A DNA stretch of 63,894 bases, the filler included, from Trichomonas gallinae (taxonomy: Eukaryota), in the NCBI GenBank assembly GCA_008369845.1. It is 4 parts of 4 records of this genome, joined end to end, with 100 filler letters (N's around TTAATTAATTAA, not from the genome) between each part and the next. Parts side by side here need not be neighbours in the genome. Positions count along the whole stretch, not along the records: positions 15,547 to 34,909 come from MRSU01000185.1; positions 35,010 to 49,784 come from MRSU01000189.1; 2 more parts are not named here. The stretch is one strand, 5' to 3'. Shown in pieces: positions 31,138-42,688 of the stretch (position 1 is the first letter of the stretch; each line of letters starts with the position of its first letter). The notes below the pieces were generated by a model. The model saw nothing but the letters and a program-made list of their open reading frames with translations, was not told the origin of the DNA and searched no databases. The position numbers were made by a program, and so were the translations under genes.

Positions 31138-34100
31138 ATGAGTTCTGCGACATCAGATCTTCTTCACAAGATCGATGGCGCGTTAGAAACAACGAGTTCA
31201 TGTCAAGACACAGATGCGTTGCTAGGAGACTGCTGCCTATCAAGTGTTTCTGGGGATGTCGAGTTGCAAGATTCTTTCTGCTCTTCTTTGACCGAAGAAA
31301 ATATTACAGTCACAAAGAGCTCAATATACGATACAACAAATGCATACTCAATGTTAAAATCTTCTTCATTTATCGAAAATTCCGACGAATCTGATTTTGA
31401 ATTTGAGACCACGAGCCAAGATAATTCTAGTATCCATATAATTCCATCAACAGATACTGAAATCAAGTCGTTTTTATCATTATTTAACGCGAAATACGGC
31501 TTTGAAGCTAAAAATTTAACACAAGTCATACAATCATGCGATGAATTGATCAATAGAAAGAACAAAGATACTTCGAAAGTTATGCAAAAGGAATCAAAGT
31601 CAATACAGCAATTTATCGACCAAATTAACAAATTAGAAGAAGAAAATAAAACATTAAAAGAAAATCTTAACAATATTACAACAGAAAATGCATCACTAAA
31701 ACTTCATATATCCAACACCCAAGTACAAACGAAAATGGTTGACCAACAAAATAATTCGTTAAAAAACGACTTAACAAACATCCAATCCGCAATTAAACAG
31801 ATGCAGGAGATCATGGAGACGCAGCTTAACGACTTATCTCGTCTTGGCCAGCAAAGATTAGAATTGGTTGCAATTATTAACAGACAAACACGTTTAATCG
31901 CTGAGCTTGAGAACCTCAAGACACCACAGACAATCATACAGCAGCAGGTTCAGCCTCCAACACAGCTAACAAGTCAAAATAACGAGAAAATTACTGATGA
32001 TTTGTATAATCTTCTTTCAGCCATTTCTAAGGTTGTTGAAGATAATATTCCGTCATCTATTTTCGCGCAAATCAAGACAATTCGTGACAATTCGGTCGCT
32101 AGCGTGCACGAAAGAATATTATTAATTGCAAAAGCATTATCGAGCACAATTGACAGCCAAACAAAGCAAATATCAGACAACAACGCATCAATAAACAATC
32201 TATCAAGAGCAAATTCCGATTTAAAGAACAAATGCTCGCAATTAATTCGAACATTCCAGGAACAACTGATGTTTATCAAGACTCTTTCGTCATCCAAAGA
32301 CCTACAGACGATTGTTTCTGGCGAACAGTTCACAGCTGAGTACAAACACGATATAGTAAGGAGATATTGCACGATGACGAAATTCGTCGAAGAAGTCATC
32401 GGAGAAATTTCGAGCGAGAAGTTTGCTGAGTCATTCTCATCGCCGCCTGAAGTTGACCAGACACACGTCTACGACCTCCTCACGACACACGACATTGATC
32501 AGCAGCTAGAGACAATTTTGGGAAGAATTGATGTAAATAACTATGACGCGCTCGAAGTTATGAACATTTTGGCCGCGCAAATCTTTATCAATGGAATTCT
32601 CAAGTCACACATCACAGAGCTGAACAGCAGGATGGCTGTCATACAGCGCGAAATCATGATCGCGAAGCAGCCGACGAACGAAGTCGATGAAGATTCTCTC
32701 AGACTTCTCAGGCAGATGCAAAAGCAGCAGCTAAAGATCCACAAGTTTTTGTCGAAGATCTGCCCAGGCGATAATGATTCACTATACGAACACTTGAAGC
32801 GCGCATTCTCAACACTCGCAGAACTGCAGAATTCTAGCTACGATGAATCAGAGAATGAAAGAACAGCAGAAATACAGACAGAAGAAAAACAAATTAACAA
32901 TCAATCACAACAACAGCAGCAAATTGTCGCAGCTGAAATCATTGCATCACGCGAGGCGGAGATAAGAGAAGAGTACCAAGACCAGATCAAGACACTCCTC
33001 AAGACAATAAAGAAGCTCGAAAGCACAAACACAAAACTTGCGCAGAAATATAACGAAGAACACGAATTCCGCAAGAAAGTTTCCCTAAAAGTCAAGCAAA
33101 CTGCTGATGAATTAGAGCGTCAAAAGAATGCTGCAAAGGAAGCTGAGGCTCGTGCATCTATGATCGAGAAACAATCAGAGCTCCGCATCAAGAGTGTCGA
33201 GCAAGACAGGGCAAACGCTGAAGCAATAATTAGCCAACAGTCTGGACTCAAAGAAGAGATTGTTTCAATTAAAGAAAAGCATCGTAATGAAATCGAAGAA
33301 TTCGCCAAGAAGCTTGAAAGCGCGCAGTCTAAGATTGCTGCCCTCACCAAGAAGAACGACGACATAATGGCGAACGTTCAGCGCATCAAGAAACAGAGGC
33401 ACATGCTCGGCGCTCAAATCGAGCGTCTTCAGTGCGCAAACAGGATGTTGCAGGATACAATTGACGTACAAAACGCAAGAACTAAACGAGAGTGCAAAGA
33501 CCAGTTGAGTGAAGTCCAAGTACAGCTTGCAACGGCGAACAGAGAGCTCTCTAAGCAGACATCTCTCAATGAAGAGCTCACCGCGAAAACATCCAAGCTT
33601 GCAGCCGAACTCGCGACAGTCAGCGCGGCCAAGAAGACAGTTGAGCTCAAGCTTAGAACAGCGGAAGAAAGGATACAGATCGAGAAGGCAGGATTCCAGC
33701 AGAAACTCACAACAAAGCAGACAGTCATTCACGCGGAAAACATGTCAAAGGTTAGCAATTTGCAGTCGCAAATAGATGCAGCTTCAGCGAAATTGGCAGC
33801 GGCAACATTATCAGGCAAAGTCACCGATGGACTTAATTCTCTCGTTGAAATGGTAATTGAAGAACTTTCCAACCTCAGGAGCTCTCAGTCGACATATATC
33901 AAGACTATTGACTCTGTCACTCGAGCTCAGAAGCTCCTTGATTGCCAGACACCGCAAGAATTATCAGCGGCTGTCGAATCAGTCCTCAACAAACTGGAGG
34001 TCCTCAAGCTCCAGCAGATAGAAACACCAAAGAGTCCGAAGAATGTCGACGATGACAGGCAGAAGAGGCAGCAAAAGATGCTCGAGAGTGCTCAGCAAGC

Positions 34101-34425
34101 AGCCAAGCAGTGGGAGCAGTGGGCGAAGAGATTAAACGGAGTAATACACGAAGGAGATACTAAAACAGCTTGCGATAGCTCTGAGTTGAGATTGAGCCTA
34201 GAAGAATGCATCCTTGCATCGCTCTCGCACAGGAGAATATTCGATAGAGTTACATCCCTTAGATCACAGAAATCTTTGCTTCTTAGATTTGATAGAAGGT
34301 TGATGGGGCCTGTTGAAAGATCTATAGATATGCGTCAACTAATGATAATTACTGTTGCACTACGTAGAATGCAAAAACTTGCTGGATGCATTCCATTGTC
34401 GCCTTTTACTAATTCGACAATCTAA
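31138..34425 (+). CDS. Large coiled-coil protein (1095 aa)
   Basis: Long E/K/Q/L heptad-rich ORF with typical coding composition. Confidence 0.88.
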   Translation: MSSATSDLLHKIDGALETTSSCQDTDALLGDCCLSSVSGDVELQDSFCSSLTEENITVTKSSIYDTTNAYSMLKSSSFIENSDESDFEFETTSQDNSSIHIIPSTDTEIKSFLSLFNAKYGFEAKNLTQVIQSCDELINRKNKDTSKVMQKESKSIQQFIDQINKLEEENKTLKENLNNITTENASLKLHISNTQVQTKMVDQQNNSLKNDLTNIQSAIKQMQEIMETQLNDLSRLGQQRLELVAIINRQTRLIAELENLKTPQTIIQQQVQPPTQLTSQNNEKITDDLYNLLSAISKVVEDNIPSSIFAQIKTIRDNSVASVHERILLIAKALSSTIDSQTKQISDNNASINNLSRANSDLKNKCSQLIRTFQEQLMFIKTLSSSKDLQTIVSGEQFTAEYKHDIVRRYCTMTKFVEEVIGEISSEKFAESFSSPPEVDQTHVYDLLTTHDIDQQLETILGRIDVNNYDALEVMNILAAQIFINGILKSHITELNSRMAVIQREIMIAKQPTNEVDEDSLRLLRQMQKQQLKIHKFLSKICPGDNDSLYEHLKRAFSTLAELQNSSYDESENERTAEIQTEEKQINNQSQQQQQIVAAEIIASREAEIREEYQDQIKTLLKTIKKLESTNTKLAQKYNEEHEFRKKVSLKVKQTADELERQKNAAKEAEARASMIEKQSELRIKSVEQDRANAEAIISQQSGLKEEIVSIKEKHRNEIEEFAKKLESAQSKIAALTKKNDDIMANVQRIKKQRHMLGAQIERLQCANRMLQDTIDVQNARTKRECKDQLSEVQVQLATANRELSKQTSLNEELTAKTSKLAAELATVSAAKKTVELKLRTAEERIQIEKAGFQQKLTTKQTVIHAENMSKVSNLQSQIDAASAKLAAATLSGKVTDGLNSLVEMVIEELSNLRSSQSTYIKTIDSVTRAQKLLDCQTPQELSAAVESVLNKLEVLKLQQIETPKSPKNVDDDRQKRQQKMLESAQQAAKQWEQWAKRLNGVIHEGDTKTACDSSELRLSLEECILASLSHRRIFDRVTSLRSQKSLLLRFDRRLMGPVERSIDMRQLMIITVALRRMQKLAGCIPLSPFTNSTI

Positions 34426-34836
34426 TTTTTGTTTTAATTTGTATTTTATTATTAAATTGAATCTTTGTTTAATATTTTTACTATTCATCATTAATTTTTA
34501 TATATTAAATCTCCTTCATCAGACATAACGCAAACCAAAAATAATCTCTTCATTCATAAAAAGCATCAATCGCTTTTGTGGTACTTGAATTATTCATTAA
34601 TTGATATATATATAAAGGAAATGGATAGAAAATTAATATATGTATTTGAATCTTTTAAATCTAATGATTTGTTTTAATATGAAGAGTTATATCGATTATA
34701 TTAGAAATAGAGTATTTATAAGCATAATTCTATATCAAGAAGTCATGGATTCCAGTAGATATTGAATGTTAATGAATTTGATTTGAAAAATGTTGTTGCT
34801 AACTTTAAATATGCACTTTTGGATAACTTTTGAATA

Positions 34837-34909
34837 GCTTCTGTAGCCTAGTGGTTATAGCGTTCGCCTAGTAAGCGGAAGGTCGTGGGTCCGAATCCCA
34901 CCAGAAGCA
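34837..34909 (+). tRNA. tRNA-Thr (AGT), T-loop variant TCCGAAT
   Basis: Acceptor GCTTCTG/CAGAAGC, anticodon arm TTCGC-CTAGTAA-GCGGA, T arm GTGGG-TCCGAAT-CCCAC. Confidence 0.9.
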
Positions 34910-35009
34910 NNNNNNNNNNNNNNNNNNNNNNNNNNNNNNNNNNNNNNNNNNNNTTAATTAATTAANNNNNNNNNNNNNNNNNNNNNNNNNNNNNNNNNNN
35001 NNNNNNNNN
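34910..35009. other. Assembly linker
   Basis: N44-TTAATTAATTAA-N44. Confidence 0.97.
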
Positions 35010-35683
35010 TTTTTTTTTTTTTTTTTTTTTTTTTTTGACAATGATATTTACAATAATAAAGAAAAAATTAAGTTTTGTATACAAGTTTATGATCAAAACA
35101 ATGTAAACGAGAATGCCTTTGTTTTTGGAGTCAATGCTTTGATTATATATGATGCTGAAACCTAAAATAAAATCCCATCAAAATAGAAATTTTTCAATCG
35201 ATTATCTATATAATTTCGAAGAATCATCTTAATAATAGCATCTATAGGTCCTAGATAGTTCACTGTTTCAATAAGAAGCTTCGAAGGTCTCACTTTTGGA
35301 AAATTACATATTCCAGCCGAAACATTTATTTCTTCCAGTTATTTAACTACATTTTACAAAATATAAAACCCAGTGCTATATTTTTTCCAAAATATTATTT
35401 TTTTTTTAACTAATTATGCGACATACGATTATTTTCAATTCAAATTTCAATTGAAGCCCTAAAAGTGACATTGTCAAAAAAAAATTGAATGAAATCTGAC
35501 CATGTCATTTTTTCTTAGCTTTTCTGAAAATTTCAATATTAATGTTCGTTATATTCATTGGGCGTACATCATAATTACGTTTATTATTTCTCAAAAATTA
35601 CGACTATGAGTATTGCAAAATGGAAACAAGTCTCGCAAAAAGTGACTCATTAATATATTTTACTCGAAAATTTAATAATAATA

Positions 35684-37432
35684 ATGTCAGCTCAATCCGA
35701 GTGCATTGAGACTACATTAAACGTGCGCCTTTTATCCGAGGCTGATGGAATTTCGCGCGACGAAAAACTATTTGAACGAAATAGTTTTTTTGGAGAAATC
35801 AGAGACTGTAATGAGCTGTTCAACCAGCTGAAAAATAATAAATTAGTATTTAAAACATCGAAATTCATATTTAAAACATTGAATTGTAAATATCAAGAAT
35901 ATCAGAAACCAATTACACTAAGAACAGACTTAACTTTAGCGAATTGTACCAATGAAATTTGCGAGTTATTTAAAATAGACAAGAATACTCCATTAAAATT
36001 CCATCAGAGAGGAAAAAACATATCGAATAAGAAAATAGAAGAAGTTTTAGAAGATGATGTAGTATTCATAAAGCATGATAATCTTAACAAGAACATAGCA
36101 GAACCCATACAATTTGATGATGATCAAGCACGACATTTTTTTTATCAATATTTTAAACTAAGTCACGATAGTCAAAATGGCAAATTACACATATCAATTA
36201 AAAATGAAATACCGCAAAATCATCAAGTTTTAACAGAAGCAATATATCAATTTTTCAACACACAAACTGGAGAAACTTTTAGCAGACGTTTTAATGATAA
36301 GATGACATTTTCCGATGTAGCGAACGAATTTATGAAAGAATTTAATGCACAAAAAGAAAATATCAAATTCGTTATCGACGAAAATCGATATATGAGTGAT
36401 AATGAATCAATTATTCAAGCCAAAGATAAACGTATTAGTATTATTATTAGCGATACTACACAATTTAATACAGAAATTAATAATGCAATCACAAAAAGTA
36501 CGTTTCAGTTCAAAATTCCGAATGATCCTCTGCATGACCATTCTTTTCAGCTAGAATATGAAAAAAACTCAAAAATAGAAGATTTGCTTTTGCAAATTCA
36601 AGATCTGTATGATATTTTCGATAAAGACATATTTATATTTGATGTTGATGATGATTCAAAGCTAAAAACCAAAGACAAAATTGAAATTCATGAATATATA
36701 CAATGCGAGTTTAGAATTCCTGGTAGAGATAAGTTATTTACGATGAAAGTTGATTCAATAGATATGGGTTCAGAAGTACTAAATACATTAAAAAATAAAG
36801 CTCAGTTACAAGTCGGTGCATCCATGAAATTCAAAAATATTGATCCCAATATTCTTTTTATATCAAGTTTAGGTCAAAATAGAGTTGTTGAACTCATAGA
36901 AGATTTCTCATTAGATTTTGAAGATCCATCTAGCCAACGAAAATCTCTTGATATCCTTCTAGATCAAAAACCTTATGAAATCCTTCCACAAATCAAGAAG
37001 AAATTTGAGCTCGATCCAAACAAAGTCTATTTATTTAATAAAATCCGGATGGATGTCGCATTTAAGGATCAAAAGAATGAATTAACTCCTCCAATAATGA
37101 TAATAGAGCACGAAATCAATGCTTATCTATCTAGAGTTAAAGAGGAAGACTTCAAGAAGGCCCAAGATTCATTTCCAAACTCAAAACCCGAAAAAATCAG
37201 AATCGCGATAATATTATTTGGAGCATTAACTGCCACAAATGAGAAATTCGTAATAAAGATGAGTGAGGATGCAAGTAATGAATATGAATGCAGTTTGGGG
37301 CTCTTAGAAGAACTTTTCAACAAGCTTGATAAAGATAAATTGATCTTCGAAATGCCGCAGCTATTTATTCCAATGGACGAAGAATCTGCAGAAAATATTA
37401 GAGGTTATGCACGCGGAAAAGGATATATTTAA
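35684..37432 (+). CDS. Hypothetical protein, possibly with degenerate ubiquitin-like repeats
   Basis: 582-aa ORF with repeated beta-grasp-like segments (e.g. YQFFNTQTGETFSRRFNDKMTFSDVANEF..NIKFVI). Confidence 0.75.
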   Translation: MSAQSECIETTLNVRLLSEADGISRDEKLFERNSFFGEIRDCNELFNQLKNNKLVFKTSKFIFKTLNCKYQEYQKPITLRTDLTLANCTNEICELFKIDKNTPLKFHQRGKNISNKKIEEVLEDDVVFIKHDNLNKNIAEPIQFDDDQARHFFYQYFKLSHDSQNGKLHISIKNEIPQNHQVLTEAIYQFFNTQTGETFSRRFNDKMTFSDVANEFMKEFNAQKENIKFVIDENRYMSDNESIIQAKDKRISIIISDTTQFNTEINNAITKSTFQFKIPNDPLHDHSFQLEYEKNSKIEDLLLQIQDLYDIFDKDIFIFDVDDDSKLKTKDKIEIHEYIQCEFRIPGRDKLFTMKVDSIDMGSEVLNTLKNKAQLQVGASMKFKNIDPNILFISSLGQNRVVELIEDFSLDFEDPSSQRKSLDILLDQKPYEILPQIKKKFELDPNKVYLFNKIRMDVAFKDQKNELTPPIMIIEHEINAYLSRVKEEDFKKAQDSFPNSKPEKIRIAIILFGALTATNEKFVIKMSEDASNEYECSLGLLEELFNKLDKDKLIFEMPQLFIPMDEESAENIRGYARGKGYI

Positions 37433-37703
37433 TAAATGTTGTTTTTTTTTTTGCTCGAAAATATTCGATATTTGTTATACTAAAGAATTTGTTTATATGT
37501 TATTAACTAAATTGGTGTATATAGTGAGATTTTCAATTTATAATAACGCAACAAAGATAACTACAGAAAATAAAAATATCATAACATTTTTTTTCAAAAT
37601 CACAAATAGCAATTATAAAAAAAAATCTTCAGAAATACCTCAAATGGTCAATGATTTGTGTGTTTTTTCCAAATTATAAGGAATAGATTTATTATTTGTC
37701 ATC

Positions 37704-37990
37704 TGACATTTTACAATGACATAATCTGATACTTTACAAAATATAATTTTGTCATTTTACAAAACATCACTTTTGACCCTTTACATAATCAAATCTGATA
37801 CTTTACAAAATATAAAATTTGCCAAACATAATTTATGACGCTTTACAAAAATACAATCTGATACTTTACATAACAACTTTTTTGACACTTTACGAAGACA
37901 TCTTCTGACATTTTACAAAATAGGATTTTTGACACTTTACAAAAATAAAATCTGGCATTTTACAATGGCAATATTTGTCATTTTACAAAA
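37704..37990 (+). repeat. Phased array of TGACAYTTTACA cores, 13 units, ~23-bp period
   Basis: Cores start at 37704, 37727, 37750, 37774, 37796, 37820 (truncated), 37836, 37859, 37883, 37906, 37930, 37953 and 37976, with variable linkers. Confidence 0.88.
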
Positions 37991-38840
37991 TTTGCATTAT
38001 CCAGATAAGACTGAATTAATCAGTGACTAATCTCGATGCTATTTGACTCTAGTCGCTGATATTGGTAATAAAATATATTTGAATGTCTTAAATTGTCTTC
38101 TCTAGTCTAGATTCAAAATCTGATTTTTTTACTGATACTGACTATAGTTTAATTTCATACAAAATATGAATTTTTTAACTATATATGTGCCATCTGTATG
38201 ATCGTTGTCTATCATATTCAATAGAAAGACTATTGGCAGATTCAAAAGACTGAGTTCTTAAGATAACTGCCCTTTGTTGATTCAAACATGGTATGTATTC
38301 ATTATATATAATATGTGCTAATGATCTAAATTCTTTAAAATACTGTACCTATTCAAATTCAAAATATAATATAAAAATAGATCATAATATGAAAGACTTT
38401 TAAGGAGTAATTTGAAAATTTGTTGTTTTGAAGTGAAATGGTGAAAGATTAAATTGAAAAAAAGAAAATTCCTTGAGTTCAATGATATTGATTTGTGCTT
38501 TAGTGAAAGTGTCTATTAAATTAACTTCTATTTAATGAATATATGAATATTTTATGGGTAAAACTGGCCTATTTCGATGAAATAAAATTGATTATGATCA
38601 AGTGTGAAATCAAGCTCAAGTGAATATGGAAATAAGTCGTGTTCGAGATGACAAACTCGAGAATCGGTTGGTTAATGAAAACGAAGCAGTTTGAATAAAA
38701 TACATATTTTTTAATATTGGATATGTGAAGGCCATTGAGTAAAAACTAGATGTAATTAAAAGAGATAAAAACAGTTTAAAGATTGATTGTAGTGAATATC
38801 AATAAATACAACTAAAAAAGTGGAAAAAGGACAAATGCCC

Positions 38841-39419
38841 TTAAAAGGCAGCTTCCATCCAATCATCTGGTGATGTTTGATCACAGTTGAAGAGTTCGTA
38901 TGGATCGGTCTGGAATTTGAAGAATAATTGATCGAATAATTTCATTTCATTCTGATCAATTTGAACTTGTGGCTCTGCAACTTGGACCTTAGCCTCAACG
39001 ATTTCTTCATTCTTGACTGGTGCTGGAGCTGGGGCTGGTGTCGATGCTTTCTTTGACTTTTTCTGTTTGTGATTATTACGAAGTTCATGTCTCTGGCGGA
39101 GTTTAAATCTGTTTCTGATAGCGTTGCCACTTCTGTTGTTAAAGAATTCAGAGATCTTATGCCACCTGGAACCGAACTCGAGATACTTTTCATCCAAGAG
39201 GCGGTCTTCCTCTTCAGTCCAAGGATCATTCCTTAGCTGTGGGCTAATGTAGTTAATCCATCTCTCGCGGCATTGTCTTGGTGTTCTGTTTTTCATCTCG
39301 AGGGAGATCAATCTCCATGATTTGGTGCCGATGCGTTCGATGATCTCTGTGAGTTTCTCATCCTCCTCAAGTGTGAACTTGACTTTTGGCACATAAGCGC
39401 GCATATTCTTATCAGACAT
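38841..39419 (-). CDS. R2R3 Myb transcription factor
   Basis: KFTLEEDEKL...RTPRQCRERWINYISP...PWTEEED...GSRW...RSGNAIRNRF. A TCATT initiator-like element lies ~10-15 nt upstream of ATG 39419. Confidence 0.93.
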   Translation of the reverse strand: MSDKNMRAYVPKVKFTLEEDEKLTEIIERIGTKSWRLISLEMKNRTPRQCRERWINYISPQLRNDPWTEEEDRLLDEKYLEFGSRWHKISEFFNNRSGNAIRNRFKLRQRHELRNNHKQKKSKKASTPAPAPAPVKNEEIVEAKVQVAEPQVQIDQNEMKLFDQLFFKFQTDPYELFNCDQTSPDDWMEAAF

Positions 39420-41268
39420 CTTTATAAAAAATGAAAATGTGTTCACTAACAAAACGTGCTTTTACAACTTGAAGTGAAAATTACTCTACATCTAAAGCAC
39501 AGCAATATTTAATTCGATTTTCGATTTTTGAATGCATATTAATGCAGTTTTGTGAGGTTTATTTCATCCGAGCACGTTTGGTCTTTGAATAGAACTTTTC
39601 AATGTCTAAGATTTCTATTTATCTATTGAAAAAATGAACTTGGCTATTTTTAACCACCAAATATTATATAACAATTATATTATTTGATAAGAATTTTTAG
39701 TTCGAGCCAAACTACTTATTATATATCATGTATCAATAATATGTGAACGTTTTAAGCTAAGTTTTCAATACCTTATCAAAATTTATTAAACAAAAATAAT
39801 CATCTAATATTACTTACTATACACTAGTATCTATATCCTAAAAATTGATAAGAATATTCTAAAAACAAGTAAAAAGTAGAAAATATTGAACAACTATATA
39901 AGTATTACTTGCTGAAAAATTTAAATACTTTTAAAGCTAGTAACGTGTTTTTTCATTTTTATAGGAATATTGTTAAATACTTATTATATGCATGATATTA
40001 TCATAATTGAAATTGTATAAAATTTCAGTTCATCATATGGAATATCAATGATTTAGCATCAAATATTATTTTTGCAAAATTGTTTTTCAAAGAATTATTT
40101 TTCAACTTCTGAAAAATTAATATTGAATAGAATCAATTTTTACGATTTGATATTTTTTCGCCACATTTATATAATTATCAGATGCTAGATGAACATTGGA
40201 AAATTGAATGTTATCGATTCTGAGAGTTTTGCTCATGAATTACTTTTCTTAGATATCCACATCATGGATGACAGTATAGAGCAATATTTAGCATTTTTTC
40301 AAGAATGATAAATCTCAAAAATTAGATGGATAATATTGTAAAGCATCATTAGATATGTCGTTTTACATAACTTTGGTCGTTCTCCAGGCCGTTCACGAAT
40401 TTGAATGTCGTTTAAAAAATCGACCATTTTGTCATATTGTTTCTTATAATTGTTTTTAGAATATTTCATTCTTTTTCGATTCAATTTTTATTCAAAATAA
40501 TCTTTAAGAATTAATTGAGAGCGGTCACAAATGTACTTAAACTTTTGAGAAATGAAAATAAAACCAAGCAATTATTTTTCTGAAATTTTCGATTAGCTAC
40601 AAAAGCAGATGAGTCATCCATGACTAAATGTCATTATAAGATTGATTTTTCATCATTTTCTCTTTTTATCTCTCTACTCTGCCATTTTCTTCCATCGAAT
40701 GTAATACTCAACCATATTGCCTCTCTTTATTACATTTACATGTTCAGGGGTTAAAATAATTAATTTTTGATTGTCTTTTTAATTAATTTCCAGCTTCTCT
40801 ATGTATTTATGCATCTATTACTTTTCCATACACATTACTCAGTATGGATTTTATTGCTACAAGTCACAATTATGGTCTTGGAACAAAATCTATCAAACAC
40901 AAATATTTTGTCTTTATTTTGTTTTTTCTAGCATACACATTAATTATTTAAAACAAATCTTAAGTCTAAATATTTATATCAACATTTTTTATATAAATCG
41001 AAATCAGGGGTCTTTCACCTGGACCCTTATTAATATTTTCCACGATGAAACAACAAATTCCATGGTTCGGAATATCAACGAAACTCTTGATATCATTATC
41101 AATAGATGGCATAGATGCATCATACGATATATTGAACGTCCGATCATCCTGTTTTTCGCGGTTACATGATGATCATAAAATAAAACTGACATGTAAAATT
41201 ATAAAAATAACTTTATGACATGTAAAAACCAAAATTTGCCATTGATTTTGGTTTCTTGGATTTATTAG

Positions 41269-41841
41269 ATGACTCAAGAGATTGTAGCACGAAATGGCCG
41301 TGTTTCTCAGCCAAGCTCTTCATCTAGTTCAAGAAGGAACTCTGACGAAACAAGGATTATTACTCCGCCGAAATTTAAAGGACAACTTGCAAATAGAATG
41401 TCTCCAATGCAATACAACCAGAATAATCAGAATTCTACCCTCTCTTTCATCATTTTGATTCTGAAAATATTTGCTTCGATTTTGCTCTTAGTAATGATCT
41501 TAACTTTCGCGATATCATTTATATTTTACGTTATTCGCGGGGTTTTTGGTCTATTAAGAAACAGATATCGTGCATACAAAGATTATTCCGAAATTTACAA
41601 ACTCTACAATTGTAACAAGCCTCATTTTGATAAATTACCAATTAATAAGCAATACTGCGAAAAAGGCAAAGAGAAATATTACAAAATTCTTGCTAACCAG
41701 CAAACAATATTACAAATTTCCACACAAGCTCTTGCAGAGAGTCTAAATGGCTTCGCAAATCATTTGAAATTGCAAGGCTTTTTAGTGGTTGTTATTTTTA
41801 TCTCTGTATTACTTTTCATTCCTAAGCCAAATCAATATTAG
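41269..41841 (+). CDS. Brr6/Brl1-like nuclear envelope protein
   Basis: Low-complexity N-terminus, TM, Y..YNC.....LP....YC loop, LAESLNGF amphipathic helix and a second TM. Confidence 0.65.
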   Translation: MTQEIVARNGRVSQPSSSSSSRRNSDETRIITPPKFKGQLANRMSPMQYNQNNQNSTLSFIILILKIFASILLLVMILTFAISFIFYVIRGVFGLLRNRYRAYKDYSEIYKLYNCNKPHFDKLPINKQYCEKGKEKYYKILANQQTILQISTQALAESLNGFANHLKLQGFLVVVIFISVLLFIPKPNQY

Positions 41842-42688
41842 AAAATAACATTTTAAAACATATGTTTTCGATGTATGTAAACAACATTAAATGAACAAAT
41901 AAATACAAAAGAAATAGTAAATCATTTCATTATCTTAACAAAATTCGATTATCAATAACAAAACACAAAAAATAGATCGATAATGGATGATGTAGTTGGC
42001 TTTCCGTAATGTCTGTACATCAAAGTATTTATCTTCCATAATGTTGCTAATGAATTTCCCAAGATAATATTTTTGATGCAAAAAGATCAATGATAAGACA
42101 CGCAAAATGATTCGATTTACGAGATTTAACCCAATGAAACAATATTTATACGTTTTTATAGTCTTAAAAAGTATTTTTATCTACTATTTACAGTATATTA
42201 AAAATATAATAGTTAAAATTTATGACTTTGGCTTTAAATGAATAGGAAAATGTTTTTGGCTGCTAAAACAGCATGATTTGACTTATTCGAATTTTTGATA
42301 TTCTCAAAAATGACTTGAAAAAACTACAAACATCCTAAAACTTTTTAATTTTCTAAAATTTCTCGAAACAAAAAACGCATGTTTTTGGACTTGAGGCGAT
42401 TACAAATCATCCAGATACACCAATAGATATATTTAGAATCGAACAAAACCCTCCTTCTCGGTTTCAATTTGGAATTATCGACAATTTTATTGTTTTCTTC
42501 AAATTTCCTGCTTCAGATTAATCATTATAATATATAATGATAGAATATTATGTTCTCACTGCGAAATACAAATTTTTTCCTTAAATATTTGAGTTTTCTT
42601 CAATATTTTTAGTTCTAATGAATTTATATGACTTACTAATCATGAATTTTAAATAATTTTCAATTTCTACCAAAAACATTTTTTTTCT

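Noticed and set aside
35010..35036. Long poly-T after gap 2 (also ~51155-51175) as retroelement tails
   Set aside because: No element body or TSD is visible. The first may simply be the tRNA-Thr terminator tract.
37704..37990. CRISPR interpretation of the phased array
   Set aside because: The 12-nt degenerate repeats and ~11-nt related linkers are far too short, there are no cas genes, and the context is eukaryotic.
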